A stretch of 64,000 bases of DNA, taken from NCBI GenBank assembly GCA_050331735.1, contig JBHJGN010000048.1:29125-93124 (forward strand). The letters are read 5' to 3'. Both the position numbers and the translations under genes were made by a program. Position 1 is the first letter of the stretch, and each line of letters begins with the position of its first letter. Below the pieces are notes generated by a model. That model was not told the origin of the DNA, searched no databases, and saw only the letters and a program-made list of their open reading frames with translations. This DNA is from Cyanophyceae cyanobacterium (GTDB taxonomy: Bacteria; Cyanobacteriota; Cyanobacteriia; Cyanobacteriales; JBHJGN01). This document shows, piece after piece, positions 50,453-60,640 of this stretch.

Positions 50453-51316
50453 TCACCCTAGATACTGCCGCAGAGATTGGCGCATCACCTCAACGGGAAC
50501 ATCCTGCTGTAGCCAAATCTTTAAAGCAGCGGCTCCTTGCTGCACCAGCATTTCTAATCCATTGATGGCGATCGCTCCTCGCTCTTGTGCTTGCTTGAGC
50601 AGCCGAGTCGGATTGGGATTATAGATCAAATCGTAGACAATCGTTGCAGGCTGGAGCTTGCTGACCAGTTCTTCATCTAAGGGAGAGGCATCGGTCTGAG
50701 GAAACATCCCGACCGGGGTGGTATTTACTAACAGTTGAGTTTGAGATAGCAGCGCGGGCAGGTCAGACTGATGAACCGTCAACGCTTTCTGGAGGGCAGG
50801 ATCGGTCCAGCTATGCAGAAACTGCTGGAGTTTCTGCTCGCTCCGACCAACGACATGAATCTGGGAACATCCGAGCTGCCAGCAGCCGACAACAACGGCT
50901 CGTGCGGCCCCGCCATTACCGAGAATCACCGGGGAGATTCTGCTCCAGTCGCGGGCCACTGCCTTCAACGGAGCGATAAACCCCTCTACATCCGTGTTAG
51001 TTCCGCTCCAGCCCGAGGGGGTCCGCCAGATCGTGTTTGTCGCACCCACCAGTTGAGCCTCTGGGGAAACGTCAGCCAGTAGCGGCACAAGCGCCTGCTT
51101 ATGAGGAATGGTTACGTTAAAGCCAACGACGTTAATCGCCTCCAACCCAGCTAGCGCTCGCGATAAATCCTCTCCCTTTACCGGTAGAGGGATATAAACA
51201 TAATCTAAGCCTAAAGCCGCGATCGCCGCATTGTGCATCACTGGCGACAGAGAGTGTTCAACCGGATCGCCAATCACCCCAAGTAACTTTGTTTTCCCCA
51301 ATATTTGCTGAGTCAT
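50453..51316 (-). CDS. aroE: Shikimate dehydrogenase
   Basis: HSLSP, NVTIPHK, NTD, GNGGAA, NTTPVGM, GLEML; ATG at 51316. Confidence 0.95.
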   Translation of the reverse strand: MTQQILGKTKLLGVIGDPVEHSLSPVMHNAAIAALGLDYVYIPLPVKGEDLSRALAGLEAINVVGFNVTIPHKQALVPLLADVSPEAQLVGATNTIWRTPSGWSGTNTDVEGFIAPLKAVARDWSRISPVILGNGGAARAVVVGCWQLGCSQIHVVGRSEQKLQQFLHSWTDPALQKALTVHQSDLPALLSQTQLLVNTTPVGMFPQTDASPLDEELVSKLQPATIVYDLIYNPNPTRLLKQAQERGAIAINGLEMLVQQGAAALKIWLQQDVPVEVMRQSLRQYLG

Positions 51317-51579
51317 ACTGCTCAGTGTAGCGAACTTCCCCAGGCAGTCGAAGTCTGCTTCCGCTTTATTCGTGACAGTCACTAATGTAAGTGCTAGCGA
51401 CACATAGACAGATTAAACCGGCAGCTAGAGAACGAATTGAATGTTCTGTTGCAGAAAATGGCTTTTTCTGATAGCCTCTCTAAAGATTCAGTCCCAATTT
51501 ATCTCTAAATAAGGTTGACAAAATTCAATAATATTTGCTGTTAGCTTAAAGAGCATTTACCAATTCCCACTGAGGACTG

Positions 51580-52551
51580 TTGATGAATAACACAATTTAT
51601 CGGTTTATGAGCTTGAGTCAGTTTTCTGTTGCAACGCTTAGATTGGCTGCTTGGATTGGTCTAGCAGGTGCAACAACTCTTTTACAGCCAACGAGCAGCT
51701 CAGCCGCTTCAATGACAACCATCGAAAGTAATTTTGAATCTTCTGGCCTGGAAGGATGGCGAACAGAAGAGCTATGCTGTGACCACTCAGCTCAGATCGT
51801 GAGCGATCCTGAGCCAGCATATGAAGGCGATTACGCCCTCAGATTTAAGTTGAGAAGAAACGACCCTGACATTGCTCGTAGTAAAAGGGCAGAAGTAAAG
51901 CTTCGTCCTGTTGAACCTAACTCCGAATACACCTATCGTTTTAGGACTTTTCTTCCTCAGAGCTTTACCTCCGACCGCGAAAGAGAAATTATTGCGCAGT
52001 GGCATAGTCGACCTGACTTTTCCCTTGGTGAAGGTCGTCCCGGAGCACCACCTTTGTCTCTACATACAATTAATGGAGACTGGATGGTATTGAGGCGATG
52101 GGACTCCAAGCAAATTACTCAGACCAATCAGCCTGAAGGAAAACAGAACCTAAATTTGGGCGAGTATGTTACTAATGAGTGGACAGACTGGGTATTTCAG
52201 GTAAAGTGGTCCCACACAGAGGACGGAATGCTTAAGGTTTGGAAAGATGGCAAACTTGTTGTCGAGGAAAGTGGCGCTAATACCTACAACGATTTGATAG
52301 GAACCTATTTTAAAGCCGGGATTTACAAACCTGGTTGGAAACATCGTCCAGAAAGATCCGCCGTTGATGAAAGGGTCGTTTTCTTCGACGACGTTAACAT
52401 CATTGATTCAATCGATTCCATCAGCGCCAATCCCGATTTAACCGCTGACTCTGCTGCTGTTCCCGAACCCTTGACTCTTTTAGGGACGGGAACAGCTCTT
52501 GGGTTAGGAGCTGTATTTAAGCGTCGATACTCAAGAGGCAAGAAGCCTTGA
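51580..52551 (+). CDS. Polysaccharide lyase-like protein with signal peptide and PEP-CTERM sorting domain
   Basis: RAE, IIAQWH, YFKAGIY motifs; C-terminal VPEPLTLLGTGTALGLGAVFKRR; start uncertain. Confidence 0.8.
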   Translation: MMNNTIYRFMSLSQFSVATLRLAAWIGLAGATTLLQPTSSSAASMTTIESNFESSGLEGWRTEELCCDHSAQIVSDPEPAYEGDYALRFKLRRNDPDIARSKRAEVKLRPVEPNSEYTYRFRTFLPQSFTSDREREIIAQWHSRPDFSLGEGRPGAPPLSLHTINGDWMVLRRWDSKQITQTNQPEGKQNLNLGEYVTNEWTDWVFQVKWSHTEDGMLKVWKDGKLVVEESGANTYNDLIGTYFKAGIYKPGWKHRPERSAVDERVVFFDDVNIIDSIDSISANPDLTADSAAVPEPLTLLGTGTALGLGAVFKRRYSRGKKP

Positions 52552-52580
52552 GGAGACCCGTTCACTGAATCTCCTGCTGG

Positions 52581-52961
52581 CTACTTCCACCAGGGCGGAA
52601 TGCCGATATTTCTGATCACCTGATGCTTTCGCTGTGCTTCCTTGCGCTTAAGCTCGGTGTAGTCGAGCCAGTAAATACAGTCAACCGGACAGGTATCAAT
52701 GGCCTCTTGAATCAGTTCTTCTGGATCGCCATCCTGGCGAAATACGCGAGCTCGACAGTGGTCTGGCTCCATATAAAAAGTATTGGAGGCCGTATGAGCG
52801 CAGTGCTTACAGCCAATACAGTCGGTCTCCTCGACGTAGACCCCTTTTTGCCGAAAGCTGCCTCCTAGTTCCGGTTCCAATCCAGAGCGTTCGGGGGTTA
52901 AAAACCCCCCTAACTCTGGTTCTAGTCCTGAGCGATTGGGGGAGCGGGAATCGGACATCAC
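52581..52961 (-). CDS. Single-cluster ferredoxin (cyanobacterial, ycf35-associated)
   Basis: CIGCKHC...TCPVDCI; RSGLEPELGG twice at the N-terminus. Confidence 0.88.
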   Translation of the reverse strand: MMSDSRSPNRSGLEPELGGFLTPERSGLEPELGGSFRQKGVYVEETDCIGCKHCAHTASNTFYMEPDHCRARVFRQDGDPEELIQEAIDTCPVDCIYWLDYTELKRKEAQRKHQVIRNIGIPPWWK

Positions 52962-53344
52962 GCACTCCAGCGTTGAACGACTAAATGAAGAGAACCATCC
53001 TCATTGGTGCGTTGTTCCGCTACCTGGAATCCCTGCTGAGTGGTTTCGTTGATAACGGTATGGTAGGCGTAGCGCTGAGTAACGCGGCTCAGAAACCCTT
53101 CTACCGAAAGAGGCTGCTGCCAGTACTGAAGATCGGCGACTAGCTCATATTCAGTACCGTTCCAGCTAAAGCCGATGTCATAGTTGTTGCTTTGTTCAAT
53201 GACAACTTCCGCCGTCCGCGTTTGCCCGCGATAGCCTCTGACAGGACGGGGGCCTTCTTTCCAATCAGCTTTTAAATCGCTAAGAGCTGCTTTTAAGGCT
53301 GGTAAATTGCGAATTTGGGTTTTGATGTTGCTAAAGTGAGACAT
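52958..53344 (-). CDS. ycf35: DUF1257/Ycf35 family protein
   Basis: MSHFSNIKTQ, VRGYRGQ, YELVADL, TQRYA. Confidence 0.85.
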   Translation of the reverse strand: MSHFSNIKTQIRNLPALKAALSDLKADWKEGPRPVRGYRGQTRTAEVVIEQSNNYDIGFSWNGTEYELVADLQYWQQPLSVEGFLSRVTQRYAYHTVINETTQQGFQVAEQRTNEDGSLHLVVQRWSA

Positions 53345-53389
53345 TTTCTTAGAACTTGTTTATGGGGATTTGGACAAACAAAATTGTTA

Positions 53390-53596
53390 CTACCAGGAGC
53401 TAAAAGATACTTGACTCGTCGCTTGCGCCACCTGTACTTCTTGAGCGTAGTACTCCGAAGATTTTTCTTGAGAGACTACTTGCCCAAGCTGCGCTTCAAT
53501 GGCCGCTGTTACCTCTTGGCAGGAGGCCCCGACGACGCCCGTCACTTTTTCTTTGACTCGGCCATCAGGATATATAGTAAACTCTAATGTTTCCAT
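53390..53596 (-). CDS. DUF2997 family protein
   Basis: EFTIYPDGRVKEKVTGVVGASC. Confidence 0.85.
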   Translation of the reverse strand: METLEFTIYPDGRVKEKVTGVVGASCQEVTAAIEAQLGQVVSQEKSSEYYAQEVQVAQATSQVSFSSW

Positions 53597-54033
53597 GCTC
53601 TGTTGATAAGAGTTGTGTAGACTTTCGTTGAAGCCTTCAGTAATAAGCGCTTCATTAATCTTTTTAGATTAATCTTGAGTGAGCGCATCAATATGAATAG
53701 AATTTTAGCAAAACTTAACAGTAGCTACTCATCTTACTTTAGGCATATGTAAGTTTCCCTTAACTTTTATTTTCAGTCAAGCAGGTATACGACAAAGAAG
53801 CGCGACCTCTTAATAAATCTAAATAAACACGGTTGAGTGTAAACGAACAGACTTGAAGTTTTTTATCCACAGTAAGCGGCGAGCTTTAGGGACAATCAGC
53901 GTTCAGAAGACTTGCGCGCCTTTAAATCAGTGTATTAGTTCTGCTATAGTCAACTAACTGGTTCAGTACATGATCGCTCTCAGTTCGATTCTCTTGGATA
54001 ATGAAATCCAATGCGAGTTAGAAGGAGACAAAC

Positions 54034-55029
54034 ATGAATCTAGCAGCCTTTAAGAATCCAATAAAAGTAGGCGTTTTCGGATTTGGTGGCTTAGGACAAG
54101 CCGCTGCCAGAGTCCTTGCTCCTAAGAGCGAGATGGTTTGGACTGTAGCAGCCGACCAGAAAGGTTACGCCTATAGTGAGGTCGGATTGAATCTAGAGCG
54201 AGCGATCGCTGCCTATCAGCAAGGGTCGGTGGGCCTGTTAGAGCCGGGGGGCGTTCTCAGCAGCAACAGTATTGAGGAGGCGATCAATCCGGCTATAGAT
54301 GGCTATTTCCTAGCGTTACCCAATCTGCCCAACACCTTTATGGCAGATATCGCGCGGCAGTTTATTCGCTCCAGGTGGCGAGGGGTTTTGGTAGATGCGC
54401 TGAAACGAACCAGTGCCGTTGAGCAGCTTTTGCAGCTTCAAGACGAACTCCAGCAAGCTGGCATTACCTACATGACTGGCTGTGGAGCGACCCCGGGTTT
54501 ACTTACCGCCGCCGCCGCCGTTGCGGCTCAAAGCTATGCGGAGATTCACAGCGTCAAAATTACCTTTGGGGTCGGCATTGCTAACTGGGAAGCCTACCGA
54601 GCTACCATTCGCGAAGACATTGCGCATCTGCCTGGTTATGATGTTGACCGAGCCAGAGCGATGAGCGATGGCGAAGTTGCCGCGTTGCTAGAGCAAACCG
54701 ACGGGATTCTGGCGCTGGAAAACATGGAGCATGCCGACGATATTATGCTCGAACTTGCGGGAATCTGTGAGCGTGATCGCGTCTCTGTTGGCGGAGTCGT
54801 TGATACTCGTAACCCGAAAAAGCCTCTCAGCACTAACGTAAAGGTCACAGGGCGAACCTTTGAAGGGAAAATTTCGACTCACACGTTTACCCTCGGTGAC
54901 GAAACTAGCATGGCGGCTAACGTTTGTGGACCAGCGTTTGGCTATTTGAAAGCTGGCAAAGCTTTGCACCAGCGCGGTGTTTATGGCTTATTGACAGCGG
55001 CAGACGTAATGCCTCAGTTTGTTCAATAG
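54034..55029 (+). CDS. bioU: BioU-type (S)-8-amino-7-oxononanoate synthase (biotin pathway)
   Basis: [42 protein letters not shown]. Confidence 0.8.
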   Translation: MNLAAFKNPIKVGVFGFGGLGQAAARVLAPKSEMVWTVAADQKGYAYSEVGLNLERAIAAYQQGSVGLLEPGGVLSSNSIEEAINPAIDGYFLALPNLPNTFMADIARQFIRSRWRGVLVDALKRTSAVEQLLQLQDELQQAGITYMTGCGATPGLLTAAAAVAAQSYAEIHSVKITFGVGIANWEAYRATIREDIAHLPGYDVDRARAMSDGEVAALLEQTDGILALENMEHADDIMLELAGICERDRVSVGGVVDTRNPKKPLSTNVKVTGRTFEGKISTHTFTLGDETSMAANVCGPAFGYLKAGKALHQRGVYGLLTAADVMPQFVQ

Positions 55030-55132
55030 CGGCTCACAAAATTAAACGCCACCATTCCTGCAATTTAGGAGTGCTGGCGATCGCCTGCTAGCGAGGCGCA
55101 TTAGAGCTGCTTGTAGCAGGCAGCTATCCTTT

Positions 55133-55561
55133 CTACTTCAACCGGCTGTTTTTCGTATCTCTGCCCTCAATTGGACCACCAACGGCTTTCCAGGCTTCTA
55201 CACCACCAGAGAGCTGGGAAACCGACTCAAATCCGGCCTGACGAAGTACCGAAGCGGCTTGTGCTGTTTGCTCGTCGTCATCACCATAAACGTAAATCTC
55301 ACGGCGCTGCTGCAAACTGCTTTTAGCCCTTTCTGCTAACTCTTCTTCCATCGGCATAGCGATCGCTCCCATAATCCGCTCTTCATTAAAAGCATTGCGA
55401 TTGCGCACGTCTACAATTGTTAAAGCGGGTTCTCCCCAGTCTAAACGGTCTTTGAGGGCTTTGGCACTGGATTTTGGCGTTTCTTGAGGGTCTGGAGTGG
55501 GAGTGACCTCGGGAGCAGCATCTTTAGCATCAAGAATGGTTTTTTCTACTGGATTTGACAT
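55133..55561 (-). CDS. Rhodanese-like domain protein
   Basis: RLDWGEPALTIVDVR, IMGA, LSGGVEAW. Confidence 0.85.
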   Translation of the reverse strand: MSNPVEKTILDAKDAAPEVTPTPDPQETPKSSAKALKDRLDWGEPALTIVDVRNRNAFNEERIMGAIAMPMEEELAERAKSSLQQRREIYVYGDDDEQTAQAASVLRQAGFESVSQLSGGVEAWKAVGGPIEGRDTKNSRLK

Positions 55562-55980
55562 AACACCTTATTAATTGAAATACACTGCCATTCAGTCAAT
55601 CAGAGTGACGGCACAATTTCTTCCTTCCCAAGAGAGAAATTTGTCAACTTTTTTGCCTACAGTGTTCGATAGGCCAAGTTGGCCATCACAGTGGAATCTT
55701 ACTCAAGGCACATTCATTCACCAGATAGTTTCACTAGTATTGCGATAGTTAATCCTTCAGAACCTGCTGGAGTAAGCAGAATTGCCTGCCTCTGTACCTC
55801 CAGCCGCGATAAGGTTCTGCTTGTCAGTACTTTTGTCCCTAGTCTTGTCTAGAATGGCCGCCATTAACGTCATTCTAAGCGTCAGGACCAGTACGAGCAC
55901 AGATTTTGCTCCACTAGATTGACCCATTTCAACGTGGCGCTTTCTGTATAGCACTACAGCAATACTATTAGGAGAATTTT

Positions 55981-56847
55981 ATGACAGTTTCATCCGATCA
56001 AATTCCACCTCAGTCACAAGACAGAAAACCAGCACTCGAATCGGAGATGACTCCGAAACCTCAGTACGATCGAGATGACTACCGAGGTAGCAGTAAGCTT
56101 AAGGGCAAAGTAGCGTTAATTACCGGCGGCGATAGTGGCATTGGCCGTTCGGTTGCCGTTCTCTACGCTAAAGAAGAAGCGGATGTTGCTATTTCTTATT
56201 TGGATGAGCACGAGGATGCGAAAGAAACGCAGCGTTTAGTAGAGGCACAGGGCAGAAAGTGTCTTCTCTTGCCTGGAGACATTAGTAACGAGAAATTCTG
56301 CGAAGAAATTGTCCAGAAAACCGTTGATGAGCTAGGACGCTTAGATATTCTCGTCAATAACGCAGCAGAACAATACCTAGAGCCTAGCTTAGAAGAAATT
56401 GATTCTGCGCGTCTAGGAAGTATTTTCAGCACTAATATTTTCTCGATGTTCTACCTGTGTAGAGCGGCTTTACCCCATCTTGAAAAGCAAGCAGGTAGCT
56501 CCATTATTAACACAACCTCGATCAATGCGTATAAGGGAAATGCCTCTCTTCTCAGCTACTCGACGACGAAAGGAGCCATTTTAGCTTTCACTCGCTCTTT
56601 AGCAAAACCAATGTTAGAAAAGGGCATTCGCGTCAATGGGGTGGCGCCCGGTCCAATTTGGACCCCATTCATTCCTGATGCCTTTGATGAAGAAGGGGTA
56701 GAAGGTTTCGGCGGTCAAGTCCCGATGAATCGTCCTGGACAACCAGTAGAAGTAGCCACTTGCTTTGTCTTCCTCGCTTCACAGGATGCTTCCTATATGA
56801 CCGGACAAGTACTGCATCCTAACGGTGGTGCTGTTGTTGGCGGGTAA
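55981..56847 (+). CDS. General-stress SDR oxidoreductase (YghA/YdaD-like)
   Basis: TGGDSGIG, NNAAEQ, YSTTKGAI, APGPIWTP, LHPNGG; AGGAG RBS. Confidence 0.9.
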   Translation: MTVSSDQIPPQSQDRKPALESEMTPKPQYDRDDYRGSSKLKGKVALITGGDSGIGRSVAVLYAKEEADVAISYLDEHEDAKETQRLVEAQGRKCLLLPGDISNEKFCEEIVQKTVDELGRLDILVNNAAEQYLEPSLEEIDSARLGSIFSTNIFSMFYLCRAALPHLEKQAGSSIINTTSINAYKGNASLLSYSTTKGAILAFTRSLAKPMLEKGIRVNGVAPGPIWTPFIPDAFDEEGVEGFGGQVPMNRPGQPVEVATCFVFLASQDASYMTGQVLHPNGGAVVGG

Positions 56848-57534
56848 ACAACGGCTTGAGTGAGCCAATCAAAACTTCAAGCCAGATAGAACTCGTTTTA
56901 CTCTAGAGCGGAAGAACGATAATCTGACTTGCAAAAGAAAGACTGATGTGGATGTGTAAGAAAAAAGCTCTTGGGAGTCTTGCCTTGTTTCGACCCCAAG
57001 AGCTTTTTTTACTTTTGCTCCTCACACTATTCAATCATGGCATAACAACGACAATCTTCATCTCCGCCTGTGACGCTTTTAGAAGCGTCACTGCCCAAAC
57101 AGCGATCGCCTCGCGACCATCAAGCATTCTAAGAATGCGTCACTTGAATCTAATACTTAATCAGCAAAGAACTGTTATTTAAATAAATAAAATAATCAAA
57201 AAAAACTGAATTAAGCCCTTTCATTGCATTTTAAGCTTGCTTTTTGCGTTTCTGTGGCCAGTGGCGCTCGAAAGAACTCTTCTTCTACTCTTTTACCTCT
57301 TTCTAGAGTTATAGAAATTTATAAAAAATATTTAGAGTTTTTCTGCCTCTAGTAGCTGGTCCAAAGCTCAAAAAAACTTTATGCTTGAATACAAGCTAAA
57401 AAGCTAATATAGCTATCCATAGCCAACAAGTAGCCTAAAGAATTTAGTTCAAAAAAGTTTTCTTGGCGTCTTAAGTTGATTGCCAGACTCATACACGACT
57501 AAGTTACTGAAATAGACCAGAGAGAGGACGCGAA

Positions 57535-58224
57535 ATGTTTTTCCATAAAAAAGAACTCATTGAAAAAGCAGTTAATGTTAAGGAACCGAATCCGAAATAT
57601 GCTCAGTTACTCCTAGAGCAGTTTGGCGGCGCTACCGGAGAACTTTCGGCTGCCCTTCAGTATTGGGTGCAGTCTTTTCATGTAGAAGATCAAGGCATCA
57701 AAGATATGCTTCAGGATATTGCCGTTGAAGAGTTTAGTCATCTGGAGATGATTGGCAAACTGATTGAAGTGCATACCAGCACCAGTGAACAGGATGAGGC
57801 GTTTAAGAGCACCTTGTTCGCTGTCCGTGGTAAGGGACCACACTTCCTGGACTCTCAAGGAAGTGCTTGGACAGCCACCTACCTTAATGAGGGAGGCGAT
57901 GTCGTCCGCGACCTCCGAGCTAACATTGCTGCTGAAGCCGGGGCGCGTCAAACCTACGAATCTCTGATTAAGCTAGCCCCCGACGAAGGCACCAAGGAGA
58001 CGCTGGTTCACTTGCTCACTCGCGAGATTTCTCATACCAAGATGTTTATGAAAGCCTTAGATTCGCTTGGTAAGCTGACCGATCCTTTCTTTGGCAACAT
58101 TCAGCCCGATGAAACGGTGGATATTTACTATAATCTCTCTACCAACGGTCAGGATGAGCGCGGTCCTTGGAATTCTGATGAGAATTTCAACTACATTGCC
58201 GACCCAATGAAAGAGAAGGTATAA
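57535..58224 (+). CDS. katB: Manganese catalase
   Basis: QFGGATGELSAALQY, DIAVEEFSHLE, NIAAE, REISH; closely resembles cyanobacterial KatB. Confidence 0.92.
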   Translation: MFFHKKELIEKAVNVKEPNPKYAQLLLEQFGGATGELSAALQYWVQSFHVEDQGIKDMLQDIAVEEFSHLEMIGKLIEVHTSTSEQDEAFKSTLFAVRGKGPHFLDSQGSAWTATYLNEGGDVVRDLRANIAAEAGARQTYESLIKLAPDEGTKETLVHLLTREISHTKMFMKALDSLGKLTDPFFGNIQPDETVDIYYNLSTNGQDERGPWNSDENFNYIADPMKEKV

Positions 58225-58265
58225 GCTATAGGAAAAACCTCATCTTAAAGACATCAACCAAAGCG

Positions 58266-58303
58266 GGCGATCGCACCTCAATAAAAGCGATCGCCTTTTC
58301 TTT
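58266..58303 (+). terminator. Putative intrinsic terminator built from two HIP1 sites
   Basis: GGCGATCGC-N12-GCGATCGCC followed by TTTTCTTT. Confidence 0.5.
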
Positions 58304-58321
58304 ATGCTTGGCAGGTACAGC

Positions 58322-58819
58322 ATGAAATTTGATTACTCTTTAGATTTTAAAACCATCAACTTTCGGGCCTCGCCGGAACTTTATCGAGTCGGGCGAGGAG
58401 AACAGGGCGTTCTCTTAGTAGAACCCTACAAATCAGAGATTTTACCCCACTGGCGGTTTAAAACGCCAGAAATTGCTCGACGCTCTAGCGAAACAATCTA
58501 TCAACTATTCCTAGCCTATTTAGAACAAGACGATTTTGTGGGAGCCGATATGGCACGGAAGTTTTTGCAAATGGGCTATACTCGCTCTCGTCGCTATGCT
58601 AACCACAGAAGCGGCAAGAAGTACCGCACGAATCCCCAAACGTTCACTCAAGACGAAGCCATCAAAGCTAGACAGGAAATTTTACCCAAGGAAGTCGATT
58701 CCGTGAAAGCGGAATGCGCGGCAATTTTTAAAGAGAAGTGGCAGCAAGCTAAAGAGAATGCAAAGTATATACAGCTAATGGCTACTCACAAGCAACTGTA
58801 CGAGCAGGAATCCTCTTAA
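58322..58819 (+). CDS. DUF4385 family protein
   Basis: YRVGRGEQGVLLVEPYKSEILPHWRFKT, DMARKFLQMG.TR.RRYANH. Confidence 0.85.
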   Translation: MKFDYSLDFKTINFRASPELYRVGRGEQGVLLVEPYKSEILPHWRFKTPEIARRSSETIYQLFLAYLEQDDFVGADMARKFLQMGYTRSRRYANHRSGKKYRTNPQTFTQDEAIKARQEILPKEVDSVKAECAAIFKEKWQQAKENAKYIQLMATHKQLYEQESS

Positions 58820-58964
58820 TTGTTTGAGGAATCTACAATTTGAGAGAGTCATCCTGGCTAGGTTTGTTTATAGTTGAGCAAGTAGCTCTTAGCACTATTG
58901 AAGGTTCCCACTCATCGAGCAGCTAAGAGCTAATCGCTAGGAAGAAGATTGGGTGTAAGCTGAA

Positions 58965-59549
58965 ATGGAACTGATAATCAGCATTTGTGTCGGACTGGGT
59001 TTAAGTACCGCCTGTGGTTTTCGGATTTTCGTGCCGCCGCTGGTGATGAGTATTGCTTCCCATCTTGGGTACGTCACTCTCTCGACAGACTTTCAGTGGA
59101 TGGGAACCGACGAAGCACTCTACGCCTTTGCGATCGCCACCTTCATCGAAGTTTTAGCCTACTATATTCCAATAGTAGACAATCTGCTTGATACTGTCTC
59201 AACTCCCATGGCAGTTGCGGCTGGCACTTTGGTGACAATTTCGGTGCTTCCTCAAGGAGATCCGTTGCTACAGTGGACGGTAGCCCTAATCGCCGGAGGC
59301 GGTGCCGCCGGCACAATTCAGTCTTTTGCTGGAATTGCGCGCCTCATTTCGACAGCCACCACCGGAGGTTTAGCCAATGCCTTGCTAGCAACCATTGAAT
59401 CTGGAAGCTCTTTTATCCTGGCCGGACTCGCTATTTTTGTGCCTCTCCTGACTATTGGAATTGTCATCGTCCTGTTATTTCTTGCCTTCTCTGAGCTTAC
59501 TCGCCGCTTGTCATCTAAAGTAACTGACACAGAACCCAGTTCTCAATAG
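58965..59549 (+). CDS. DUF4126 family membrane protein
   Basis: GLGLSTACGFR, E..AYYIP.VDNLLD, STATTGG.AN. Confidence 0.85.
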   Translation: MELIISICVGLGLSTACGFRIFVPPLVMSIASHLGYVTLSTDFQWMGTDEALYAFAIATFIEVLAYYIPIVDNLLDTVSTPMAVAAGTLVTISVLPQGDPLLQWTVALIAGGGAAGTIQSFAGIARLISTATTGGLANALLATIESGSSFILAGLAIFVPLLTIGIVIVLLFLAFSELTRRLSSKVTDTEPSSQ

Positions 59550-59644
59550 CGTCAGGTTGGCTGTTTGGATGATGACAGAGAATGAGGGAGCGAGCAAAAT
59601 AACCTAGAGAGCAAACCTTTCCCCTTTCCCCGTCCCAACCGGAC

Positions 59645-60640
59645 TTAATTTTCAGAGTAATTCGTTCCGAGCAAATAGAGTAACGCCATCCTCACGGCCA
59701 CTCCGTTAGTCACCTGGTGGGAAATGAGGCTGAGGTGCGGGTCGTCCATGAGCTCTGAACTGATCTCTACACCCCGATTAACCGGACCTGGGTGCAGCAC
59801 TTTCACGGTGGGTTTACAGAGCTTGAGGCGATCGCGGGTCAAGCCGTAGTATTGATGGTACTCGCGCAGACTGGGAATAAAGTGGCCCACCATCCGTTCC
59901 TGCTGAAGTCGTAAGGTCATCACAAAATCAGCATTTTCTAAAGCAGGCTCGACTTCCCAGTGTAGCAGCAGATTTCCAGGACGCGGACGATCGAGAAAAT
60001 CAGCAAACAGTTTTGGCAGCAAGGGAGGTGGTCCCGCCAAATGAACCTGAACTCCGGCGGCGGTGAGACTCCAAATATTAGAGCGAGCCACTCGCGAGTG
60101 CAGAATATCGCCAACGATGGCGATTTTTTTGTGATTCAGCCGCTCTAAGCGGGGACGATCTGAGTCGAGCAGCGAACAGAGGGTAAACAGATCCAGCAAC
60201 GCCTGCGAAGGATGTTCGTGCTGACCGTCTCCAGCGTTTAGAACGCTCACTCCTGCCTGGATACGCTCCATTTCCTGAGCAATCTGGTGAGGAACCCCCG
60301 CGTGGCGGTGTCGAATCACCAGAATATTGGCTCCCATCGCCACATAGGTTTTGGCGGTGTCTAAAATTGTTTCTCCTTTAGTGAGAGAAGACGTGCCGGG
60401 AGCAAAATTGAGAGTATCTGCTGAGAGCCGCTTAGCCGCTAGCTCAAAACTACTGCGGGTGCGGGTTGATGGCTCAAAAAATAAATTAGCAACAACCTGT
60501 CCCTGGAGAGCAGGGACTTTTTTAGTACGCCGGGAAAGCACTTCTCGAAAGCTAGAAGCCGTCTGCAACACCGTGTCGTACTCAGCCGCTGTGAAATTGT
60601 CTAAAGAAAGAACGTGCCGTCGGGTCCAGGTAGCTGTCAT
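59645..60640 (-). CDS. pyrB: Aspartate carbamoyltransferase catalytic subunit
   Basis: [35 protein letters not shown]. Confidence 0.97.
   Translation of the reverse strand: MTATWTRRHVLSLDNFTAAEYDTVLQTASSFREVLSRRTKKVPALQGQVVANLFFEPSTRTRSSFELAAKRLSADTLNFAPGTSSLTKGETILDTAKTYVAMGANILVIRHRHAGVPHQIAQEMERIQAGVSVLNAGDGQHEHPSQALLDLFTLCSLLDSDRPRLERLNHKKIAIVGDILHSRVARSNIWSLTAAGVQVHLAGPPPLLPKLFADFLDRPRPGNLLLHWEVEPALENADFVMTLRLQQERMVGHFIPSLREYHQYYGLTRDRLKLCKPTVKVLHPGPVNRGVEISSELMDDPHLSLISHQVTNGVAVRMALLYLLGTNYSEN

Noticed and set aside
52861..52934. Duplicated RSGLEPELGG in the ferredoxin N-terminus
   Set aside because: From recall this duplication is common in this cyanobacterial ferredoxin family, so it is not novel
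56946..57182. 78-aa ORF between the SDR and katB; similarly 46477..46719, 55757..55954 and 60653..60865
   Set aside because: No recognisable motifs or clear RBS, and they occupy likely promoter regions; not supportable
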